IMG/VR virus record: IMGVR_UViG_3300021431_000003
Coordinates: 96,001-160,000 of that record
Length of the DNA stretch: 64,000 nucleotides
Source: a virus
Lineage: Duplodnaviria; Caudoviricetes
Reading direction: 5' to 3' (one strand)
Shown: positions 20,092-29,153 of the stretch, in pieces
Layout of the letters: each line of letters opens with the position of its first letter
Numbering within the stretch: the stretch's first letter is position 1
Translations under genes and position numbers: made by a program
Notes under the pieces: model-generated
Seen by the model: only the letters and a program-made list of their open reading frames with translations
What the model was told of the DNA's origin: nothing
Databases searched by the model: none

Positions 20092-21426
20092 TTATATTAC
20101 AATTACTGCTACATATTTACCAGAAGAAATATCGCCAGTCTTCTTAAAGTTAATAGTGATTTCTTCATTAGTAAAATTAACAGATATATCTGTTAATACC
20201 ATCTCGCCAGTATTTACTTCATACAAGTTTACAGATGGATACTGATTTGCTTCGAGAGTAATATCATCAATTACCCAAGTACAATCATTATTTGAATCTG
20301 CAGTAAGAGCAGGATTAGACTTACGATAGATATTACCCTTAGAAGCAATATTAAGTGTAATAACCTTATTTTCTGCAGCAGTCATACGACCTTTTTCATC
20401 TACAGTAAACTGAGGAACAGTAAAACTATCCTTATCATCAATAGTAGAATCTACAATACCAGAATTATTACCATAAGTATTGGCAGTTACACCAGTAGAC
20501 TTAAGGGTAGCCTGGATTATTTGACCTGGTTTTACTGTAGTTGGGTCATCTGTATTAGAAGAAGATAATACTACATCAGTTGCATCTGCTGCAGCTTGTA
20601 AAGATACAAGACTGGTAAACAGCGCTTCAAGCTGTGTCTTAGTGACAGTAGATGCTTTGACTACTTTACCAGTAACACCATTGAATACTACAATAGTTTC
20701 ATCGTTAGAAGATGCGGGACCAATTACAACACCATCAAGGTTCATCTGAATAACAGAGAATTTGGTAGCATCATAAGCAGCCATATTACCGCAAGCGATT
20801 ACCATATCACCAACTTCAATAGGCTTATCATCAATATCAAGAATATCTGCATCAATAGCAGCAGCAGCTTTGAATGTCCAACCATTCTTAATATTAGTGA
20901 GTTCAGTAAGCTTCTTATTATTGATACTTGTATCTGTAGAAGTAATAGTACTGTCAGCAGCAAGAGTTCCCTTGAATTTCATTGCATCTACAGTAGATAC
21001 AACTTCTTGAAGTGCAGTAAATACAGCGCCAGAAGTAATAAGATTCACAGAGTCTTCAGTAATAGTAGTATCTACATTAATACCTACAATATTACCAGTT
21101 GTAGAATCAACAATGAGTACATCACCATTTGCTACAGCACGAATATCAGTAAGATTTTCTGTTACAAAGTCATATACTGCTTTAGCACCAGCAGCTTTAG
21201 AATTAGTAGAAGCAGAGTTGATTACTGTAGCAATATCTACAGAACCTCCACCGCCAGAACCAACAGTAACCCACTCTTCACCATTGTAATATTTCAGTTT
21301 TGCTTCATTTGTATTAAAGATAATCCAACCTGCAGCAAGTTTTGTTGTAGGGTCAACAGCAACTTTCTGAATAACACAATTCAAAAGTTGATTTCTAACA
21401 AGGTCAAGATTAGTCAAAATTTTCAT
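20092..21426 (-). CDS. Putative fibre/appendage structural protein
   Basis: 444 aa, T/V/A/D-rich; fibre-like motifs (LITSGAVFTAL, MKFKGTL, FTVDEKGRMTAA, TGKVVK); N-terminal domain shared with LRR protein 21990-24884. Confidence 0.6.
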   Translation of the reverse strand: MKILTNLDLVRNQLLNCVIQKVAVDPTTKLAAGWIIFNTNEAKLKYYNGEEWVTVGSGGGGSVDIATVINSASTNSKAAGAKAVYDFVTENLTDIRAVANGDVLIVDSTTGNIVGINVDTTITEDSVNLITSGAVFTALQEVVSTVDAMKFKGTLAADSTITSTDTSINNKKLTELTNIKNGWTFKAAAAIDADILDIDDKPIEVGDMVIACGNMAAYDATKFSVIQMNLDGVVIGPASSNDETIVVFNGVTGKVVKASTVTKTQLEALFTSLVSLQAAADATDVVLSSSNTDDPTTVKPGQIIQATLKSTGVTANTYGNNSGIVDSTIDDKDSFTVPQFTVDEKGRMTAAENKVITLNIASKGNIYRKSNPALTADSNNDCTWVIDDITLEANQYPSVNLYEVNTGEMVLTDISVNFTNEEITINFKKTGDISSGKYVAVIVI

Positions 21427-21433
21427 ACACTAA

Positions 21434-21534
21434 CCTCCTTTATCCAATCCATTGAACTGTAGCATTTGTTGCTCCCCAAGGAGCACCAGGTATACTTCCT
21501 TCTGGTTTATTTATAGTAATAGATGTAAGAGCTG
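21434..21534. repeat. 101-nt exact direct repeat, copy 1 (copy 2 at 21984-22084)
   Basis: Identical 3' ends of the two LRR genes including stop codon and next RBS. Confidence 0.95.
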
Positions 21535-21973
21535 CACCACCAAATGCACTATAACCAATACTAGTTACACTACTAGGTATAGTAATAGATGTAAGAGATG
21601 TGCAACCAGCGAATGCACTACTACCAATACTAGTTACACCATCAGATATAGTAATAGATGTAAGAGATGTACAACTAGCAAATGCACCATCACTAATACT
21701 AGTTACACTACCAGGTATAGTAATAGATATAAGAGATGAACAACCACTAAATACACCACTACTACCAATACTAGTTACACTATCAGGTATAGTAATAGAT
21801 GTAAGAGATGTACAATTAGCAAATGCACCATTACCAATACTAGTTACACTATCAGGTATAGTAATAGATGTAAGGGATGCATAATAACTAAATGCACCCT
21901 CACCAATACTAGTTATACCATTAGGTATAGTAATAGATGACACATTTCTAGAAATAATACTTTCTAATATCAT
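21440..21973 (-). CDS. Short BspA-type leucine-rich repeat (LRR_5) protein, about 6 repeats
   Basis: [21 protein letters not shown] repeats; start ATG 21973 after AAAGGAGG. Confidence 0.9.
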   Translation of the reverse strand: MILESIISRNVSSITIPNGITSIGEGAFSYYASLTSITIPDSVTSIGNGAFANCTSLTSITIPDSVTSIGSSGVFSGCSSLISITIPGSVTSISDGAFASCTSLTSITISDGVTSIGSSAFAGCTSLTSITIPSSVTSIGYSAFGGAALTSITINKPEGSIPGAPWGATNATVQWIG

Positions 21974-21983
21974 ATATCTAACG

Positions 21984-22084
21984 CCTCCTTTATCCAATCC
22001 ATTGAACTGTAGCATTTGTTGCTCCCCAAGGAGCACCAGGTATACTTCCTTCTGGTTTATTTATAGTAATAGATGTAAGAGCTG
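21984..22084. repeat. 101-nt exact direct repeat, copy 2
   Basis: Matches 21434-21534 at an offset of 550 nt. Confidence 0.95.
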
Positions 22085-24884
22085 TACAATCACTAAATGC
22101 ACGACTACCAATACTAGTTACATTATTAGGTATAGTAATAGATGTAAGAGATGTTTTTCTAAATGCATAATCGCCAATACTAGTTACACTATCAGGTATA
22201 GTAATAGATATAAGAGATGTACAAACATCAAATGCACCCTTACCAATACTAGTTATACCATCGGGCATAGTAATAGATGCAAGAGATGTACAATTATAAA
22301 ATACATAATCACTAATACTAGTTACACCATCGGGTATAGTAATAGATGTAAGAGATGCACAACCAGAAAATGCATTTCTACCAATACTAGTTACACTATC
22401 AGGTATAGTAATAGATGTAAGAGATGTACAATTAGAAATTGCATAACTACCAATACTAGTTACACCATCAGATATAGTAATAGATGTAAGAGATCTACAA
22501 CCAGCAAATGCACCATCTCCAATATTAGTTATACTACTAGGTATAGTAATAGATGTAATAGTTCTTTCTATATATTCTTTTAGATGATCCATATCAAATT
22601 TTATAGAAAAAATGTTTTCTGTAATAAAATTATATACACCATTAGCAGTAGGTACTTGTCTATCGGTACTATTATCATTTATTGTTGTAGTAACATCTTC
22701 ATTATGAATTAATATATTAGTGGCACCCCAAGGATAACCAGTTCTAGATTTATAGTTTTCGAGTAAAAGTATATCACAATGATTAAATGCACCATCACCA
22801 ATACTAGTTACACTATCAGGTATAGTAATAGATGTAAGAGATCTACAACCAGCGAATGCAGTACCACCAATACTAGTTACACCATCATGTATAGTAATAG
22901 ATGTAAGAGATGCACAACCACCAAATGCACCGTTACCAATACTAGTTACACTACCAGGTATAGTAATAGATGTAAGAGATGAACAACCACTAAATGCACC
23001 GCCACCAATACTAGTTACACCATCAGATATAGTAATAGATGTAAGAGATCTACAACCAGTAAATGCAGCATCAGCAATACTAGTTACACTACTAGGTATA
23101 GTAATATATGCAAGAGATGCACAACTAGAAAATGCAGTAGCACCAATACTAGTTACACTACTAGGTATAATAATAGATGCAAGAGATGTACAACCAGCAA
23201 ATGTATTATAACCAATACTAGTTATACCATTAGATATAGTAATAGATTTAAGAGATGTACAATTAAGAAATGCAGCATTACCAATACTAGTTACCTTATT
23301 AGGTATAGTAATAGATGTAAGGGATGTACAATAACTAAATGTATTACTACCGATACTAGTTACACTATCAGGTATAGTAATATATTTAAGAGACGTACAA
23401 TTAAAAAATACACCATCACTAATACTAGTTACACCATCAGGTATAGTAATAGATTTAAGAGATGCACAATAATTAAATGCACCAGCACTAATACTAGTTA
23501 TACTTGTATTAGATCCTATAATAACATGTTTAAGAGTATCTGTACTATCTATAAAAGTTTTAGTGTCAGCAATTGTTGTAAATGTATATAATTCAGGATC
23601 ACCTTCACACATTACATTTATTTTAGTATCATCTAAACTGCTACTAATAGAAGATAATGCATTATATACAGCTTTTGCGGTAGGCACTTGTCTATCTGTA
23701 TTGCTATCATTTATTGTTGTAGTAACATTTTCGTTATGAATCATTATACTATGAGCATCCCAAGGATAACCAGTTCTAGATTTATAGTTATCGAGTAAAA
23801 GTATATCACAATTAGTAAATGCACTATCGGCAATACTAGTTACACTACTAGGTATAGTAATAGATGTAAGAGATTTACAACCACTAAATGCATATTTACC
23901 AATACTAGTTACACTACTAGGTATAGCAATAAATGCAAGAGATGTACAACCATCAAATGTATTATCACCAATACTAGTTATACTACTATTAGGTATAGCA
24001 ATAGATGCAAGAGATGTACAACCACTAAATGTACTACTACCGATACTAGTTACACTATCAGGTATATTAATAGATGTAAGAGATGTACAACTAGCAAATG
24101 CACCATCACCAATACTAGTTACACCACTAGGTATAGTAATAGATGTAAGAGATGTGCAACCATCAAATGCATAATTACCAATACTAGTTACACTACTAGG
24201 TATAGTAATAGATGTAAGAGACGTACAATTTTGAAATGCCCAATTATAAATACTAGTTACACCACTAGGTATAGTAATAGATGTAAGAGATGTACAACCA
24301 CTAAATGTACTACTACCAATACTAGTTACACCATTAGGTATAGTAATAGATGTAAGAGATGTACAATTAGCAAATGCATTATTACCAATATTAGTAGTTA
24401 CACTACTAGGCATAGTAATATATTTAAGAGATGTGCAACTAACAAATGCTGCTATACCAATACTAGTTACACTATCAGGTATATTAATAGATGTAAGAGA
24501 TGTACAATTACTAAATGCACCAACATCAATAACAGTTACACCAGCATTAGATCCTATAATAACACTTTTTGGTTTATTATTAGAATTAATATAAGTTTTT
24601 GTATCATATAATGTATCAAACTTATGCAATGTTATTTCATCGTCTATTACATTTATTTTTGTTTCATCAATTTTAAGTGGCTCTACTTCAATATGACACC
24701 ATTGTTCGCCATTATAATAGTATACTGAACCTACACTGATTGTAGTTTCATCTACTTCTTTTTCTGAAATTAATATACACGTTCTACCTATGAATAAATT
24801 AGAGTCAGGTAATGTATTAACTTTTTCTGGGGAAGCTAATTTGATTTCATTTCCCTGAAAATCTAAATGTGTATTAATTTTCAT
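21990..24884 (-). CDS. Large BspA-type LRR (LRR_5) protein with fibre-type N-terminus, about 29 repeats in three blocks
   Basis: 23-aa repeat [23 protein letters not shown] (about 11+11+7), YPWGA/APWGA caps, AAGGAGG RBS. Confidence 0.92.
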   Translation of the reverse strand: MKINTHLDFQGNEIKLASPEKVNTLPDSNLFIGRTCILISEKEVDETTISVGSVYYYNGEQWCHIEVEPLKIDETKINVIDDEITLHKFDTLYDTKTYINSNNKPKSVIIGSNAGVTVIDVGAFSNCTSLTSINIPDSVTSIGIAAFVSCTSLKYITMPSSVTTNIGNNAFANCTSLTSITIPNGVTSIGSSTFSGCTSLTSITIPSGVTSIYNWAFQNCTSLTSITIPSSVTSIGNYAFDGCTSLTSITIPSGVTSIGDGAFASCTSLTSINIPDSVTSIGSSTFSGCTSLASIAIPNSSITSIGDNTFDGCTSLAFIAIPSSVTSIGKYAFSGCKSLTSITIPSSVTSIADSAFTNCDILLLDNYKSRTGYPWDAHSIMIHNENVTTTINDSNTDRQVPTAKAVYNALSSISSSLDDTKINVMCEGDPELYTFTTIADTKTFIDSTDTLKHVIIGSNTSITSISAGAFNYCASLKSITIPDGVTSISDGVFFNCTSLKYITIPDSVTSIGSNTFSYCTSLTSITIPNKVTSIGNAAFLNCTSLKSITISNGITSIGYNTFAGCTSLASIIIPSSVTSIGATAFSSCASLAYITIPSSVTSIADAAFTGCRSLTSITISDGVTSIGGGAFSGCSSLTSITIPGSVTSIGNGAFGGCASLTSITIHDGVTSIGGTAFAGCRSLTSITIPDSVTSIGDGAFNHCDILLLENYKSRTGYPWGATNILIHNEDVTTTINDNSTDRQVPTANGVYNFITENIFSIKFDMDHLKEYIERTITSITIPSSITNIGDGAFAGCRSLTSITISDGVTSIGSYAISNCTSLTSITIPDSVTSIGRNAFSGCASLTSITIPDGVTSISDYVFYNCTSLASITMPDGITSIGKGAFDVCTSLISITIPDSVTSIGDYAFRKTSLTSITIPNNVTSIGSRAFSDCTALTSITINKPEGSIPGAPWGATNATVQWIG

Positions 24885-24905
24885 AAAGTCAATCCTCCTT
24901 TTATA

Positions 24906-25463
24906 TTAATTATTAGAGAATGGGTCATTAATAACATACTCCTCGTATCCAGATAAGTTACATTCACAATGCTGATATGGAGATACTGGTTCTGGACACT
25001 GAGGCACAAAATCAGGAATCATACCATCAAAACACTTTACAGGCTTAATAGAAATAATATTTTCAATACCAATTCTAAGAAGCTTGCTTTCATATGCATC
25101 GGAGTAGTCTACAATAATTGCAGTTACGTCAATCATATGAGGTTTATCAATGAGCTTTTCAATACCCTTAGAGCATTCAAAGTCAATGATTCTTGCAGCA
25201 AAAGTGCAAACTCCACGAGTCTGACTAACTGCTTTAATCTCATAAGTTTCATTCTCATGAATGTCAAATGTCTGTACGTGACCATGACAATCCACATAAC
25301 GAACAGATAATACTGTTCTTCCTACAATACCAACTTTGCCATGATAATGTGGATGACAATGATGGTGAGGAGGGCATGGATGAGGTGGTGGACAAGGCCC
25401 AGGACCGCAATTATAATCATCAAAATGTGGTACATTCTGATAGTAATAAACAGGCTTCTTCAT
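24906..25463 (-). CDS. Putative structural protein with Pro/Cys/His-rich N-terminus; paralog of 55449-55835
   Basis: CGPGPCPPPHPCPPHHHCHPHYHG; AAGGAGG RBS; late promoter 25492-25503. Confidence 0.6.
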   Translation of the reverse strand: MKKPVYYYQNVPHFDDYNCGPGPCPPPHPCPPHHHCHPHYHGKVGIVGRTVLSVRYVDCHGHVQTFDIHENETYEIKAVSQTRGVCTFAARIIDFECSKGIEKLIDKPHMIDVTAIIVDYSDAYESKLLRIGIENIISIKPVKCFDGMIPDFVPQCPEPVSPYQHCECNLSGYEEYVINDPFSNN

Positions 25464-25491
25464 ATAGAATATCCTCCTTTATAATCAATTT

Positions 25492-25535
25492 TATATGTAT
25501 GTTTTGTTAGAATAGATAGGTGGAACTTTATAATA
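25492..25535. promoter_or_regulatory. Divergent pair of late promoters (LRR/fibre operon and RNAP beta')
   Basis: Minus aacatacatata (25492-25503); plus aactttataata (25524-25535). Confidence 0.65.
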
Positions 25536-25561
25536 AAATGCTCAAAAGGAGGTATTCTCAT

Positions 25562-27397
25562 ATGCTTATTGACCAAGCTAAATTTATATATGACTTTACT
25601 ACACCAGATGTAGAAGTAACAACAGAAAGTGCTTTATTAAATGAAGCAGCATCTACTTCGGAACGTTTTAAAACTGAAGTACTTGATGTAGATAAGTTTA
25701 TTAAGAATAATATGCTTAAAGAAGTATCTAATCCTGTATTCTTTAATGGTCCAACTCCAACAGAAGATGGATTGTTAAGTAATGAAATCTTTGGTATTAC
25801 TAAAACTGAACGTGCTGGTATTTATGCTTATATTAATCTAGGTGGTCAGTTTATTCAACCGTTAATTTATAAGACATTACTTAAACTCAATGGCAAAATT
25901 GCAGATGTAGTAAATGGTACAGATTATTTTATCATTAATGATAAAGGAGAACTTATACAGAGCGATGATGGTGATACTGGTATTGATTGGTTAAAGAAAA
26001 ACTTCTCTAAGATTAAATTTAAGAAGAATGAATCTGCATCTAGAAATAAGAGAATTGACTTTATTGAGAAAGTAAAAAATAAGATGTGGGTAGATAAGTG
26101 GATTGTTATTCCAGCTTATTATAGAGACGTAGATACTAGAGATGCTGGTATCGGTGTAGGTGAAATCAATAAACTCTATAGTAGCTTGATAATGGCTACA
26201 AAAGCACTTAAGGAAACATCTGGTTATGGACTTACATTAAGCGATGTTACTAAAGCAAGAGTACAGAATATCTTAGTACAGATTTTTGATTGGTTTGGTA
26301 ATGGTACTACTATTAATGGGCAAGAAACTCCAGCTAACTTACCTGGTAAGATGGGTCTTATTAAACGTGGTACATTATATAAGACTATTGACTATTCTGC
26401 TCGTCTAGTTATGTCTGCTCCTGATGTAAGTGGAGAAGATATAGATGACTTGATGATTGACATGGATCATTGTGCATTACCACTTGCTGCAGCACTTTGT
26501 TGTTTCAAACCATTTGTCATGTTCTGGTTAAGACGTTTCTTTGAAAATCAGTTTGCTGGTAAATTAGAGTATCCTATTATGATTAATGATAAAGAATCTA
26601 TCATGATACCTCTAGTAGATTATCAAATTGCATTTTCTGATATAGAGATTGATAAACAGATTGAACGTTTTATTCATGGTTATAGTAACCGTTTTATTCC
26701 TATTGAAATTCCAGTAGATAAAGAAGAGTTTGCTAGACGTTCTAAGAATAAGGAATATAAAGATTCTGTAACTGGTAAAGAAATGAAACTCAATCAGATT
26801 AATTTCTATATGTATTTTACTGGATATAAACTTAATAATTCTGAAGAATATAAAGAGAATAAGCAAGAATATTCTGAGACACTTAAAGTAAGAAGACGTA
26901 TTACTTGGTGTGACCTATTTTACTTAGCAGCATGTGATATTACATCTGATAAAATGTGTCTTGTAACTCGTTTCCCTATTGACTCTTATCTTAACCAGTA
27001 TCCTACTAAAGTAAGAATTAAGTCTACTGTAAAGACCGCTCCTATGGTTACTCAGATAGGATTTGAGGATAACATGAAACTCTATAAGTGGTATCCTGTT
27101 ATTGAAGATACTGATATTAACTCTAATACATCTCCAGTATTTGAAGACACACTTTCTATTAGTAATGGTCTTATCGAAGCAATGGGTATGGACTATGATG
27201 GTGATACAGCAATTGTTAAACCAGTGTACACAATTGAGGCTAATCAGGAATGTGAAAAACAGGCTAATGCAAAGATTCAGGTTCTTGGTATGAATGGCTT
27301 CACAACTAGAGGTGTATCAAAAGAAAACATTCTTTGTTTATATGAACTTACTATTCATCCAGATAAGAGTGTTAAGTTTGTTAATCCAGAGTTTTAA
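25562..27397 (+). CDS. rpoC: Multisubunit RNA polymerase beta' subunit (catalytic part; probably virion RNAP)
   Basis: PTEDGLLSNEIFG, VIPAYYRD, GKMGLIKR..L.KTIDYSARLV, TRFP, catalytic MGMDYDGD (NADFDGD equivalent); AAAGGAGG RBS; AACT-N6-TA promoter 25524-25535. Confidence 0.9.
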   Translation: MLIDQAKFIYDFTTPDVEVTTESALLNEAASTSERFKTEVLDVDKFIKNNMLKEVSNPVFFNGPTPTEDGLLSNEIFGITKTERAGIYAYINLGGQFIQPLIYKTLLKLNGKIADVVNGTDYFIINDKGELIQSDDGDTGIDWLKKNFSKIKFKKNESASRNKRIDFIEKVKNKMWVDKWIVIPAYYRDVDTRDAGIGVGEINKLYSSLIMATKALKETSGYGLTLSDVTKARVQNILVQIFDWFGNGTTINGQETPANLPGKMGLIKRGTLYKTIDYSARLVMSAPDVSGEDIDDLMIDMDHCALPLAAALCCFKPFVMFWLRRFFENQFAGKLEYPIMINDKESIMIPLVDYQIAFSDIEIDKQIERFIHGYSNRFIPIEIPVDKEEFARRSKNKEYKDSVTGKEMKLNQINFYMYFTGYKLNNSEEYKENKQEYSETLKVRRRITWCDLFYLAACDITSDKMCLVTRFPIDSYLNQYPTKVRIKSTVKTAPMVTQIGFEDNMKLYKWYPVIEDTDINSNTSPVFEDTLSISNGLIEAMGMDYDGDTAIVKPVYTIEANQECEKQANAKIQVLGMNGFTTRGVSKENILCLYELTIHPDKSVKFVNPEF

Positions 27398-27493
27398 AAT
27401 TGTATATCATAATAACGATGAGAGTAAATTTATCTATACTATCATCGTATAGCCTTCAACTCTCATCCATACTATCCGAAAGGAGGTGTTAGT

Positions 27494-27529
27494 ATGGGTG
27501 AAGGAATCGGAGGCGGCATTGGATTTTAA
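27494..27529 (+). CDS. Candidate 11-aa microprotein MGEGIGGGIGF
   Basis: Near-perfect AAAGGAGGTG RBS 5 nt before ATG, inside an intergenic unit with its own promoter and terminator. Confidence 0.35.
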   Translation: MGEGIGGGIGF

Positions 27530-27629
27530 TAAATCGAAGAGAATCCTGGCAAATGCAAATTTACCGAAATATATATGAAAGGATGAGATATATGAAACGA
27601 ATATAATAACTTTATAATTTCGAAAGTAA

Positions 27630-27657
27630 AACCCACACGCCGATGAGCGTGTGGGTT
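27630..27657. terminator. Bidirectional intrinsic terminator
   Basis: aacccacacgc-cgatga-gcgtgtgggtt + T-tract. Confidence 0.8.
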
Positions 27658-27667
27658 ATTTTTTATA

Positions 27668-28174
27668 TTATTCATCGTCACCTTCATAATAAGGTGCATC
27701 GCTGAACTTATCTTCATCTTCAGGGTCTTCTTGAATAAACTCCTCATTCTGTTCACCAGTAGGTTCTGTAACAGTTGGAACCTCTTCTACAGGCTGTTCG
27801 ACAACAGCGGTCTTCTTAGAGGACTTCTTCTTAGAAGAGGTGGTTGTGGTAGTTACAGTTTCTTCCTTAATCTTCTCTACACGAGCAGTATTGTTTCTCT
27901 CATCTTCAGCGATACCCTTATTGATTTCAATATCGTTGAGCTGAGCAGTATAAGAACGAAGTACTTCCTTGAAATTATCTGCAGTAAGTCTAACCTTAGT
28001 ACCATTATTTTTTTCCAGAGTAACGATAGCATAACAAGAAAGACACTGAGCAATTTCAGAAGCATTCATCTTCTTACGAATTCTAGCATAACGTTGAATA
28101 GTTGGTCTAATGGTAACAACAGGATAATTCTTAGTCTCTACAATTACCATGAACTTAGTTACATTAATAGCCAT
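27668..28174 (-). CDS. Hypothetical late protein with low-complexity acidic tail
   Basis: 168-aa ORF, GGAGG RBS. Confidence 0.65.
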   Translation of the reverse strand: MAINVTKFMVIVETKNYPVVTIRPTIQRYARIRKKMNASEIAQCLSCYAIVTLEKNNGTKVRLTADNFKEVLRSYTAQLNDIEINKGIAEDERNNTARVEKIKEETVTTTTTSSKKKSSKKTAVVEQPVEEVPTVTEPTGEQNEEFIQEDPEDEDKFSDAPYYEGDDE

Positions 28175-28192
28175 TGTTTATATATCCTCCAA

Positions 28193-28618
28193 TCAATAGT
28201 CAATATCAATATCGCCGTCAATGAGAGAGTCAATATCATCTCCATCATCAATAAGAGCTTCTAAGTCCTCATACGGACAAAGAACATCTTCGATATCTTC
28301 AATAAGCTCATCTTCATCATCAATACCACAATCATCTAATGTATCTTGGAAAAGATCACCTTCTCCTTCAATATCATCAGTGATTTCAGAATCAATAAAT
28401 GCATTTACTTCCTCATCATCTTCAAGAAACTGAGTCTCGTCGTCATAACCAGAATCAATTTCAAGATCAGCCATCTTATCTGCTGCAGTAGTAGCCTCTG
28501 TAAGAATATCATTCTCAGCAAGAAGCCATTCATCTACAGCATTTTCTACAACGAGGTCTCTCTGAGCATTCATAACGTCTTCAATAATCTCGTCGACAGA
28601 AGCAGTTTTAGTAAGCAT
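28193..28618 (-). CDS. Extremely acidic late protein (scaffold/internal head candidate)
   Basis: 141 aa, very D/E-rich, AAAGGAG RBS. Confidence 0.6.
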   Translation of the reverse strand: MLTKTASVDEIIEDVMNAQRDLVVENAVDEWLLAENDILTEATTAADKMADLEIDSGYDDETQFLEDDEEVNAFIDSEITDDIEGEGDLFQDTLDDCGIDDEDELIEDIEDVLCPYEDLEALIDDGDDIDSLIDGDIDIDY

Positions 28619-28635
28619 AATATAACACTCCTTTC

Positions 28636-29121
28636 TTAAGCATTAAAGATAGAATCATAATCAGAGTTTACATTAGTACCATCATCTGTAGTAAAGTGTA
28701 CATCATTTTCATCTGCATCACCATCTACATTAGGAACTGAGATATATAACTGAAAGTCTTCAGGAGTAATCTCATCGAAGTTTACATCTTCGCAATAGTC
28801 AGGGTCCATATTATTAAGATGCTCATCATCTGCTTTTAGACCAAGCTGTTTCTTAAGAACTTCACCATATGAATCACTAGCAATATCTTCTACAGTATCA
28901 ATTCTTTCAAGTACCTTATCAATAATATAATTGAAAGGTAACTCGCCTTCATCTCTATCTGCTTCAAAGATATTATTCTCATCATCCATAACTCTAAGAC
29001 ATAAATCATCAATGAAGTTATCTACACATGTAAAGATAGAATCAGATAATTCGTCATCTGCTACTACCATATCACATACAAAATCAGTCATAAGACTATC
29101 AAGTGTAACAGGCTGAGACAT
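28636..29121 (-). CDS. Acidic late protein
   Basis: 161 aa, AAAGGAGG RBS, late promoter 29144-29155. Confidence 0.6.
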   Translation of the reverse strand: MSQPVTLDSLMTDFVCDMVVADDELSDSIFTCVDNFIDDLCLRVMDDENNIFEADRDEGELPFNYIIDKVLERIDTVEDIASDSYGEVLKKQLGLKADDEHLNNMDPDYCEDVNFDEITPEDFQLYISVPNVDGDADENDVHFTTDDGTNVNSDYDSIFNA

Positions 29122-29153
29122 ATAAAGTCCTCCTTTCCTAGATTATTGGTATG

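Noticed and set aside
21440-24530. Diversity-generating retroelement acting on the LRR repeats (variable codons are mostly NNT, as if derived from AAT)
   Set aside because: No reverse transcriptase or TR/VR pair in the window. Framework adenines, including synonymous third positions (ACA, ATA, GTA), are almost invariant, and NNT bias fits the genome's codon usage.
21452-24611. CRISPR-like array or plus-strand repeat ORFs ([15 protein letters not shown]...)
   Set aside because: The 69-nt period is the coding LRR unit on the minus strand; there are no unique spacers; plus-strand ORFs are antisense shadows.
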